Of a stretch of 64,000 bases of DNA, positions 18,543-27,498 are shown one piece after another. Source of the DNA: an uncultured Alphaproteobacteria bacterium (lineage in GTDB: Bacteria; Pseudomonadota; Alphaproteobacteria; Sphingomonadales; Sphingomonadaceae); NCBI GenBank assembly GCA_963850005.1, contig CAWKJG010000001.1, forward strand, positions 351,523 to 415,522. The letters are read 5' to 3'. A model generated the notes under the pieces. That model was not told the DNA's origin and searched no databases. It saw only the letters and a program-made list of their open reading frames with translations. The stretch's first letter is position 1. The number at the start of each line of letters is the position of its first letter. A program made the position numbers and the translations under genes.

Positions 18543-21500
18543 CTAATAGGTGCGCAAAACCTGCACGACCGGCAAGACGTCCACACGGAAGTCATGCCGT
18601 TCAGGCCGGGTCGTTAGTAGGGCGGCTGAGTAGGGAGAACGGGCCACGGCGAAGCCGGCGGCGTCAATCCAGTCGATGCCGTCGTTCCGGACGATCGGCC
18701 GGACGTCATAGGACCCGCGGTTTCCGTCAACCGCAGTTAGTTGCGCTACGCTTGCTCGGATAATGTCGGCAACCCCTCTCTCCTCAGCGATCGATCGCTG
18801 CCAGGCCAGGAAGAGCTGCGGGTCGATCAAAGTCTCAGCGTCGCGGGGATAGTCTTCCTGTTCGAGCCAGGCTTCGAATGCAGGACGCTTTGCGGCCGCC
18901 TCTTCCCGCGTCCCCGCCAAGCCTTGCGCGAGCGCAAAGGCTACGAACGGATCGAGCGTTCCCCACCGCAGCAGCTCGCGGAACCAAAAGCCGATCCAAG
19001 GCAGGCCGCTTGTGGCTCGCCATGTCTCGAGAGTCGGAATTTCAAGTGCATCGGCGTTCTGCCCCCATGCCTGCGCCACAGCCGCTCCGATGGCCACGCC
19101 GAGCCTAAACTCGATATTCTCGGTCACGAACCGCTGCCATGCGCGCAGGTCTTCAGGCTGGGGAGGCACGACTGCAAGTAATTGCATCCACCAGCCGGCA
19201 ACGTCGCGCCACCTTGCAAGCACGGCTTGATCGCCGACCGTGTCGCGGACCTGAAAGCCGATGCCCGGCTCGGCGCGGACCCGCTCGCCGAGGCGGACCA
19301 ATAGCGCAAACCGCTGCTCAGGCGTCCACGCACCATATTCGACCCCCGCTTCCAGTTCAGCGATTAGCTGGGGCGCGACCAACTCGAAGCGTCGCCCGAT
19401 GTAGGGCGTGAAGCCATATTGGTAGAGCCGCTTTCGCTGCTCGGGGTCGGGGTAGAGGCGTTCCACGAAAGCCCGCCCGCGCTTGACGAAGCTTTGTTCT
19501 AGCCAGGTCTCTTGTGCAGCAGCGACCCGCGCGAAGGTGCGCTGCCAGAGATTTCGCAGGAATTCTTCGACCCGAGCGCCGTCCAGCGCGGCTACATCGA
19601 CGCGCGCTAATTCTTCCGTCGCGGCAAGGAGAAATCCGTCCAGCTCATCGAGGCTATCGCCGAGCTGATCCGCTACTGTTCGCGACCTAACCCCGAGATT
19701 GGCGCCGGCGCGCTCGGGCAACGTTGCCTCAAGCCACGCGTGAAATTCCTGCTCGGTTCGAAGCCCGAGGTGGGCCGCAGCTTTTTGAGCGATCGAAATC
19801 AGCAGCACCATCAACGGGCTGTGGACTGCACCGCGGGCATCCTCGGCCAGCAGACGGCCCAGCAGATTATCGTAGTCTTGGGCTGCGCGTCGGATTTGGC
19901 GCAACTGCTCGACACGCTTTCCTTCTGCGGTGGTCGACACCGCTTCCGGCAGCGCAACCAGGGTCATGCCTTCGATTGATTCTGCGGCACCTGGTCGGCC
20001 GGCGCGTCCAGCTAAGTTGCGGAACTCTGCTGTGGACATGGGCACTACGATGGGCTGCGCCGTCTGTGTATCGAAGCTACGCCGTTCAAGGCTGGTGAGG
20101 AAGATGATGTCGAAGGGCAGGTTGACGCCTTCGGTCAGCGTCGCCGTTGCGAGAGTGACGGGGCAGATTCGTCGGTCGATCAGATCGGTCATCAGGCGAC
20201 GCAGGCGCTGGGGCATCTGCCCGTGACTGGTGGCCACGCCATGGTCGAGCAATCGCACCTCGAACGACTGCGCTCCGCAATAATCGACGCAGGCCGCGCG
20301 GGTTTCTGCTAATCGGGCCCTCTGATCAGGATCCTCGGGCAGCACGAACGGCGGCACATTCTGCCAGCCGGGAAGATCGAAGGCCTCCGCGTAGCGCTTC
20401 ATCAGGCGCTCGGGGCTTTGAGCGACTGAAATCAGAACTCGCCGCTTGCCCTCGAGCAAATGCAAGGCGGTCCAGAGCACGTAGAGCTGATTGTAATGCG
20501 GAAGGCTGTTCCGGATGATGGCCGCTGGAAACGGCATCGCGGGGATGCGGAGCGGCAGATAGACTGGCGCATCGCGGCCGCGGACATAGAGCGTCTGGCC
20601 GTTCATAATGTCGAGCATGGCCTCGGGAGCGCGACGGGGGTCGACTCGGAGCCCGCCGATCAGTTGACGGCTGCTCCGATAGTTGAGGCCGACCGGTGCC
20701 GCGTCCATGCGGCCCTCGATCCATTGGGAAACCGGCAGGGCAGCGCCGCCGGCGACCGCGGTCAGGGCGATCCGGGCCATGTCTGGCTTGATAACTAGCA
20801 GGCGCGAAACCATCGCTTCGAGGCGCATCGCGCGGCTGCTGTGCGACGCCAGCGCCTGCTGCGCATTGGCATCATTGTCACTGACTACCTGGTGGGCTTC
20901 ATCGATTATCAGAAGGCGCAATCGCTGGACGAGCAAGTGGCCGACATAGCGCATCAGCGCTTCGGCCTTTTCGACCGTTGCGATGAGGACAACTGGCCGA
21001 TCGGCGGTCAGCCAGTAATCGGTGATGCCCCAATCTGTCCCACCATAGAGCCCAGTCACGATGAGGTCGTTGCCGAGCTCTGTGGTCAGCTTCGCCTCTA
21101 CCTCGCTTGCAAGGGCCCGGGAGGGCACGAGGTAAAGTGCGAGGGGGGCCTCTCCCGGCTTATAGTCGGCAAGCAGCAGCTCCTTCACCAGAGCCAGATT
21201 GGCGACAAGCGTCTTGCCCGAACCGGTCGGCGTGCACAGCGCAAAGCTGTCGCTGGCGATGAGCCGTTCCAGCCCTTCAACTTGTGAGGTCCACAAGACG
21301 CCCCTGCCGCGTGCGAACTGTTCGCGGGCAAAGCGCCACATGCGGGGCTGCTGCTCGGGCGCGCGCGCGGCAAGTCGTGCGACCCGGCTGTGGAGACTGT
21401 TGGCGGCGAACCGCTTCGCGGTTGCTTCTATCAGGTTGATGAGAACCCAGAGTTCGTCGCTAGCGAGCCGCGTGGCGAGGGAGCTGAGCCCGGACAGCTT

Positions 21501-22242
21501 TTCGAGCGCCTGCCCAAGCCGGACATCATTGCCGCGGCGCAGGCTGTCTCCGATCAGTCCGAGGGCACGGATTAGTTCAACGACGACATACCAGCCGATC
21601 CTGCTCTCCGGCTGCGCATCATCGGCTTCGGCATCATCGAGAGGGCCAAAGGCGGTGTCGGGCTTCTCTTCGGCGGGTTCGTCAGTTTCCAGGTCGGCAT
21701 CGTCATTCTCCAGCAGTGATGCGGATCCCTCCCGGCCAGTGAGGGCTTCATTGTCGATCCAGAACGCAACCGAGCGTTCTAGCAGCCGGTCGAAGTCGGC
21801 ACCGAGGAACGAGGCGAAGATCTCTGCGACACCGCCGCCATAGCCGCCCTGGCGAAGTAAACTCGTCGCCATCGCGGGTAATCCGGCGAGCTGGTAGGCT
21901 CCTGCCGCGAGCAGGGTTACAGGCACCTCTCGCGTGACGATGTCCGAAGACCGGGCCAGCCATTCAAGCAACTCGGCCGCGCGCCGATAGCAGCCGATCG
22001 AATTCTGGAGAGCCTTCTCCGTCGATTTCGCGAAAGATGTGGGCGGCGTGTAGGAGCCTCCGAGCATCCGCAAATTGCTCATTCGATTCCCGGAGGTCCC
22101 AAGCGATTGGGGGCACTTGCCACGATGTCTGCAGGCTGCGGACGAATAGCCGGGCTTGTGCTGGTGTGAGCTCATTCTCCGCAGCCCGATTGAAGCGGAG
22201 ATTCATAGCCAAGGCACGGCGCTGCTCGTCGAGCCGCGCCAT
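18543..22242 (-). CDS. hamB: Ski2-like DEAD/DEAH helicase, Hachiman HamB-like; +1 frameshift at ~22001
   Basis: PTGSGKT, IIDEAH, LTA, SHGQM, ATATLTEGVNLP, NLAGRAGRPG; N-terminus in the 21964-22242 ORF joins after removing one base (1232 aa); TGATG overlap with hamA. Confidence 0.8.
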
Positions 22243-23190
22243 CAGAGAGGGTTCCAGAGCGATCGATACAGCCGCTCGATGAGATCGACGCCGCCTTCGA
22301 CCACCAGTTCGACGACCTGGAGGGGGCGTCCCGCCGTATATTCAGGCGGTGGCGCCACCATGGGTAAATAAGCTTCGCCGGGCGCGCGTCGCTTAGCTCG
22401 GTTCCCAGCGACAAAGACCAGGTCAGTGCGAGGAAGCGGTGCTGCCCCGAGCAGCAGAACGCGATCGAGCGACACGATCGCTTCGGCATACTGATCGCGC
22501 GCCTTCTCACAGAGGAGACGATGAATTTGCTCGAGGCCTTGGGGCGTGGGCAGGCCTCGGTTCATCTCGTTCCAGACGCCATCATTGCCGCGGACCCGGG
22601 CATTCGCCGGCCCGGACATTTCGCCCAGCATTATGTCGTTCATCTTGCTGGGCGTCAGGGTCGCTCGCCATTTGGCTTCGCCGGCGATAAATCTCACCAC
22701 CTGGCCCGTCGTCGAAATCGATCCCTAGCGCGATGAAGTCGTTTCCGTGCCGGCCAGACACCTGTCGAACGCGCGCCGGATCCCGCGCCAGTTCGAAGAT
22801 ATAATCGCCGACTTCCGCGTGGTAACGGAACAGGAAAATCGGGATCGTCCATTGGTGCCCGCCGACGAACTGATAGGCTTGGGTCATGAGACCCGCCATA
22901 ACTTCCCCGAACAGGCCCTTCTTCGCGGTCGGCGGAAGACAATTCGGATAGCATGCATTGCCGCCGGGAGCGCCGGCGTCGGGATGCAAATCAATTCGGG
23001 CAGCCCGGTGAAACACCTCGCGCGCATCCAAATGTGCCAATTCGAAATAAGGACGGAGTTCGGCGACCCCGGCATCGTCGAGCGGGGCTGTCTGTTCAAA
23101 CAGCAGATGCCCGTAATTGCCGTTGACTTGCGCAGCGCCGCGCAGCCAGCGGTTCAGCAGCGGCATAGGCGGCGGGCAGTTATGGAGCAT
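22242..23190 (-). CDS. hamA: PD-(D/E)XK nuclease, Hachiman HamA (DUF1837)-like; +1 frameshift at ~22715
   Basis: KKGLFGEVMA...GRHGNDFIAL...FIAGEAKWR across two frames; one-base removal gives 315 aa; directly upstream of the helicase. Confidence 0.72.
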
Positions 23191-23388
23191 AGCTGGCTGC
23201 TCTCACCAAATTCCACGTGATCGGGCGTCAAAGGTAAAGCGAAGAGTCACTGGCGAGCGTTGCCGGTAGGGATGCACATGGCGTTACGATAGCACTCCCG
23301 GCAGCGCTTCCAAGCAGCGTCCCAGTTCGATGTCCGTTCGCTTTATCGCACCCGTAGATCGGCTACCACTTCCTTTGATGCTGATTAT

Positions 23389-23682
23389 TCAACGAGCTCG
23401 CTCGAGCAGCTCTTCCAGTCGCGCCGCATCCCGGCGTAGCTTGGTCGCGATTTTGGCTAACTCTTCCAGTCGGGGCGGGGCGGGGCGCTTCTCGGTAGAA
23501 TCTGGATTCCATCGTGCCAATGCCCTTGTGGCCTTATCGCTCAGAGGGACCTTGCCAGCGACAATCTTGCTGTAATGTCCTTGCGTCATGTTGCAGGCGG
23601 CGGCGAGCCCGGCCTGCGACCAGCCAGCCTCGCGCCGTTTCCGATCGATTTCCAGGATAAAATCAGAAGGGGTGCTTTTCAT
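23389..23682 (-). CDS. XRE-family HTH transcriptional regulator
   Basis: RKRREAGWSQAGLAAACNMTQGHYSKIVAG. Confidence 0.85.
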   Translation of the reverse strand: MKSTPSDFILEIDRKRREAGWSQAGLAAACNMTQGHYSKIVAGKVPLSDKATRALARWNPDSTEKRPAPPRLEELAKIATKLRRDAARLEELLERAR

Positions 23683-23687
23683 CGTGG

Positions 23688-23717
23688 TTTATGTAATGCA
23701 TAATATGCATACATAAA
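23688..23717. promoter_or_regulatory. palindromic operator in the 45-bp divergent intergenic gap
   Basis: TTTATGT-A-ATGCATA-A-TATGCAT-ACATAAA near-perfect inverted repeat, followed by RBS AAGGAG of the glycosylase gene. Confidence 0.75.
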
Positions 23718-23727
23718 TAAAGGAGCA

Positions 23728-24558
23728 ATGATGCAGGAGTCGATCGCCCTCATCGGAGGGAGCCTACGAAAGCTCCTGCTACCCCCGCCTGGGGTCCAGT
23801 TGATGCCGGGCATATTCTGGGGACAGCACGACGAGCTGTTCACGCCGGCTTACTGGGCGGCGCAAACCTGGATGTGCGAGGAGGAGAGCCCTCGGCACTA
23901 CTGCCTCGGGCGCACGCTCGAGGAGGAAGTCCTGGCCTGCCTTTTAGGCGGGCACGGCATTCCCGCCGAGGTTGGGCTGGCGGCCTATCAGCGTATCCGC
24001 GAGATTATTCATGCATCGCCCCACCTGTTGGGCCAGGCGGAGGAAATTGAGCTAGAGCTGCTTCGGCCGCTGGAAGTCGGGGGTCGCCAAATCCGGTATC
24101 GCTTTGCGCGTCAGAAAGCACGCTATGTCGCAGCAGCCAGAAAATCCCTCGCGCTACTGGACGAAAGCGTTCTTTCCGATCGCGAGCTTCGCGCGGCGTT
24201 GATGGGCATCCCCGGTATCGGCCCGAAGACATCGGCGTGGGTGGTTCGCAACTGGCGGGGAAGCGACCAAGTTGCGATCGTTGACGTCCATATCCTTCGC
24301 GCCGGACGGATCCTCGGGATATTCGATGAGGGTCAAACTCCCGAGCGCCACTATATGGAGCTCGAGCGAAGCTTTCTGGCCTTCGCCAAAGCCGCTGGGA
24401 TCAAGGCGTCCATCCTCAACTCCGTGATGTGGATGACGATGCGGCGCTTACCTTCGTCGCTGGTCAGCACTCAGCTGCGACATTTATCGAAGTCGAGGTC
24501 GAGGCATATAGCGCGAGTCGGAATATTCGAGTCGGAAGGGGCTATCGCCAGCGCCTGA
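23728..24558 (+). CDS. HhH-GPD / 8-oxoguanine-type DNA glycosylase
   Basis: RYRFARQKA, HhH LMGIPGIGPKTSAW with Lys, IVDVHILR with catalytic Asp, L(N)SVMW. Confidence 0.88.
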   Translation: MMQESIALIGGSLRKLLLPPPGVQLMPGIFWGQHDELFTPAYWAAQTWMCEEESPRHYCLGRTLEEEVLACLLGGHGIPAEVGLAAYQRIREIIHASPHLLGQAEEIELELLRPLEVGGRQIRYRFARQKARYVAAARKSLALLDESVLSDRELRAALMGIPGIGPKTSAWVVRNWRGSDQVAIVDVHILRAGRILGIFDEGQTPERHYMELERSFLAFAKAAGIKASILNSVMWMTMRRLPSSLVSTQLRHLSKSRSRHIARVGIFESEGAIASA

Positions 24559-24601
24559 GCATACTTAATCTTCAAGCCTGCTATTGTGCAGGAGGCGAAG
24601 A

Positions 24602-24994
24602 ATGTCGGGTACCGAGACGGACCGCGATGACAATGACTCTGGTAAGTCCCGGGGGAAATCCAAGAAGGCGGGCGCCGGGACCGGTGCCGGTTCGGGCGGC
24701 GGAGGGGAAGCCGGGGACGATTTCTGCGATATTCGGGAGCCAGCGCCGCTCAACAGCCCGAAGCCTGCAGTCGTCGAGCAGCTGAAGGTGCATGACGTAC
24801 TCAAAGTGGTCGCGGATCAAAGTGGCGATCGCCCGATTCTCAAGGTTGTGGACTCGAGCGGGAATGAAGCTGGGTCGCTCACGCATCGCAATCATGCGGC
24901 CATTCTCGACTGCATTGAGCTCGGCAACAGCTACATCGCCACGGTGATCGAGAAGGCAGGCGGTGCGGTGACGGTTCTGATCGAGCGCGCATGA
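24602..24994 (+). CDS. small protein: Gly/Ser-rich disordered N-terminus plus HIRAN-like domain
   Basis: MSGT...GAGTGAGSGGGGEAG; then LKVHDVLKV...LKVVDSSG..AGSL...ILDCIELGNSYIATV, resembling the HIRAN pattern. Confidence 0.65.
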   Translation: MSGTETDRDDNDSGKSRGKSKKAGAGTGAGSGGGGEAGDDFCDIREPAPLNSPKPAVVEQLKVHDVLKVVADQSGDRPILKVVDSSGNEAGSLTHRNHAAILDCIELGNSYIATVIEKAGGAVTVLIERA

Positions 24995-26178
24995 CGACAG
25001 TAGTTGGCGGCGTTTACGCCGAGCGATGCATCGATCCTTTCTGGGATGACGTCTACGGGTCCGGTGGAAGGGCGGCGGCCGCGCTTTCGGGGCACGTCGA
25101 TGTGAGGCTCCAGACCTACCGCGGCGAAGGCCTCCTCGATGGCGTGGCAAACCTCGAGCGCGTTTACGGCTTCACGGCTGACGGACCGATCGTGTCGGGC
25201 TCGATTACGTTCGACTATATCCATCCGCTCTCCGTGCCTCGAATTCGGCGCATGGGTGATGAAGCTCTGAAGGGGGCCGACCTGACGGTTGAGGATGATG
25301 TGGTTTTGTGCTTCGGCATGCTCGAAGGCGGAGCGACCGTGACGGCCGACCGGGCGGTTTATGACCCACAATCGGCGTCCGACCCGAAGCCCTTTGGAGA
25401 GTTGGGCTCTAAGGCTCGAGAGCTGGCGATCTGCTGCAACATGTTCGAGGCGAGGAAGCTGACCGGCGAGGCGGATCCCGAGCGCGCGGCGAGCGCCTTA
25501 GCGGCTGCCGAGAAGGCCGCCGTGGTACTCATCAAGATGGGGGGCAAGGGCGCGCTGGTGTGGACCCAAGGGTGTGCGGCTGTTGTCCCGGCATACCGGG
25601 CGCCTGCCGTCTGGAAGCTCGGGTCGGGCGACGTTTTCTCGGCGGCCTTCACGCTTTTCTGGGCTCTCGAAGGACGATCTCCGGTCGAGGCCGCCGACTT
25701 GGCGTCCCGCGCCGTCAGAACTTACTGCAACACGCGCGCTTTGCCGATGCCCTCGGCCGGCGAGTTGCTCGCCTTGGAGCTGGAGCCAGCGCGCCAGGCG
25801 GCGGGTCGCGTCTATCTTGCCTCGCCGATGTTTGATCTAGGCCAGCGCTTGGTGGTGGAAGAGGCGCGCGATCATCTTCTGGCGATGGGTTTGGGCGTAT
25901 TTTCGCCTCTGCATGATGTGGGGCCCGGGCCCGGCCACGTCGTGGCGCCCCTGGATTTGCAGGGAATCGACGAGTGTCATGCGGTTCTGGCTATTTTGAA
26001 TGGCAGCGATCCCGGGACCATCTTCGAGGTTGGCTACGCCGTGGCCAAAGGCATTCCCGTGGTCGCGCTGGCCCAGAACGTTAAGCCCGAGGATCTGAAG
26101 ATGGTGGAGGGCTCCGGCTGCATAATCGTGAGCGACTTTGTCTCCGCTCTCTATAATGTGGCTTGGGCACTCCCGTGA
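24991..26178 (+). CDS. PfkB/ribokinase-like kinase fused to a nucleoside 2-deoxyribosyltransferase (NDT) domain
   Basis: IKMGGKG and LGSGDVF (PfkB anion hole); C-terminal YLASPMF...FSP..D...DPGTIFEVGYAVAKGIPV (NDT/MilB/DNPH1 type). Confidence 0.88.
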   Translation: MTTVVGGVYAERCIDPFWDDVYGSGGRAAAALSGHVDVRLQTYRGEGLLDGVANLERVYGFTADGPIVSGSITFDYIHPLSVPRIRRMGDEALKGADLTVEDDVVLCFGMLEGGATVTADRAVYDPQSASDPKPFGELGSKARELAICCNMFEARKLTGEADPERAASALAAAEKAAVVLIKMGGKGALVWTQGCAAVVPAYRAPAVWKLGSGDVFSAAFTLFWALEGRSPVEAADLASRAVRTYCNTRALPMPSAGELLALELEPARQAAGRVYLASPMFDLGQRLVVEEARDHLLAMGLGVFSPLHDVGPGPGHVVAPLDLQGIDECHAVLAILNGSDPGTIFEVGYAVAKGIPVVALAQNVKPEDLKMVEGSGCIIVSDFVSALYNVAWALP

Positions 26179-26771
26179 ACGAGGCCATCCTGCTCTCTGG
26201 CGGGGTCAACTCTATCGCCTTGGCGTTCTTGCGGCGACCTGAGACGGCATTCACTATCGATTACGGTCAGCGCGCGGCTGAAGCCGAGATCGCGGCGAGT
26301 TCTGCGGTCGCACAGGCGCTGGGACTGCGTCACGACGTCTTACGTGTGGATTGCTCCAGTCTTGGTTCCGGGAAGATGGCGGGGTCCGTGGCGCTGAAGG
26401 AGGCGCCGATCGTCGAATGGTGGCCGTACCGCAATCAGTTCATCGTGACGGTCGCTGCGATGCGGGCAATCGCGATCGGCGCTAGACGGCTCCTTGTCGG
26501 GAGCGTGGCGAGCGACGCCTCGCATCGCGACGGGACTGAGGGCTTCTTTGCCAGGCTCAGCGATCTCCTTGCCTATCAGGAAGGGGGTTTGACGGTCGAG
26601 GCGCCGGCGCTGGACTTGTCGACGGTTGAGCTCGTTCGGCGATCGGGGGTTCCGCGGGATCTGCTGGCCTGGTCGCATTCGTGCCATGTCGGGAATTTCG
26701 CATGTGGGCACTGCCCAGGCTGCGTGAAGCACTATTATGTGATGCAGGAGCTATATGGAATCGCTTACTGA
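26175..26771 (+). CDS. QueC-like PP-loop ATPase
   Basis: LLSGGV(N)S, IDYGQR, PYRNQF, H.D, WSCH...CGHCPGC Zn motif; GTGA overlap with the upstream gene; short (198 aa). Confidence 0.88.
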   Translation: MNEAILLSGGVNSIALAFLRRPETAFTIDYGQRAAEAEIAASSAVAQALGLRHDVLRVDCSSLGSGKMAGSVALKEAPIVEWWPYRNQFIVTVAAMRAIAIGARRLLVGSVASDASHRDGTEGFFARLSDLLAYQEGGLTVEAPALDLSTVELVRRSGVPRDLLAWSHSCHVGNFACGHCPGCVKHYYVMQELYGIAY

Positions 26772-27432
26772 GCCGGCGCCTCGGTTGCCGCCTGGTGAAT
26801 TCGAGCCCTATTGTTTGGTCGGGGCGGAGATTATTCTTCCTGTGCCACAGGCGGCGGCGTCGCTACCGTTCGAAGATGTTCTGGCTCAAAGAAGGTCCTG
26901 CACTGGGGGTCCACTGGCCCTTGAGAGGCTTGCGGCGCTGCTCTGGCATGCGGCCCGGGTTCGGGAGCGCCACTCGTCCGGGCGCTTTGGTTTGAGCTGG
27001 GACCAAAGGGCGGGGCCTTCGGCCGGCGGGTTGCACGTCATTCAACTAATGTGTCTTCCGCTGGAGGATGGCGGTCAGGCGGGTGTCTACGATCCTCTTG
27101 GGCACATGCTGGTCGATTCGGGCGTCGGCGCGTGTGGCCGCTCGACAAACCGGCAGCTCATTCGGACGTTGACCGGAGCCACGAGCGGAACCGCCATCTG
27201 GTTCGCGTCGAACGATCGAAAGGCTGAGGCCTGCTATGAGAATAGCCGAAGCCTCGTTTTGCGCGATTCAGGCGCGCTTGCCGCCACCCTCGGACTTTGC
27301 GCTGCCTGGTTGGGCATCGCCGCGTGTACGCTTGGCGCGCTCGGGGAAGGGATGCCGACGGCATTTGGGTTCCCCGAGAAGCATTTTACCGCCGTCGGGG
27401 GCATCCTCGTCGGAGAACCGGGCGGCGAGTGA
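26755..27432 (+). CDS. SagB/ThcOx-like nitroreductase-fold oxidase
   Basis: VLAQRRS, R..PSAGGLH, LVLRDSG...ATL.L.A..LG...C.LG. Confidence 0.82.
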   Translation: MESLTEPAPRLPPGEFEPYCLVGAEIILPVPQAAASLPFEDVLAQRRSCTGGPLALERLAALLWHAARVRERHSSGRFGLSWDQRAGPSAGGLHVIQLMCLPLEDGGQAGVYDPLGHMLVDSGVGACGRSTNRQLIRTLTGATSGTAIWFASNDRKAEACYENSRSLVLRDSGALAATLGLCAAWLGIAACTLGALGEGMPTAFGFPEKHFTAVGGILVGEPGGE

Positions 27433-27498
27433 CGGCTCCTGTTTGAGGAAAGCGTGCCATCCAGTCAGCCCGCCACCGGCCGGTACGGAGGCGTGCTT

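Noticed and set aside
23728-26771. Type IV CBASS or QatABCD
   Set aside because: No CD-NTase, TGT, KAP/QatA ATPase or TatD in the locus
26175-26771. Housekeeping queuosine queC
   Set aside because: Short, inside mobile cargo, and without queD/queE/queF neighbours
24602-27432. TOMM/RiPP biosynthetic cluster (SagB plus Gly/Ser-rich precursor)
   Set aside because: No YcaO/E1 cyclodehydratase, protease or exporter; the small protein has a folded C-terminal domain
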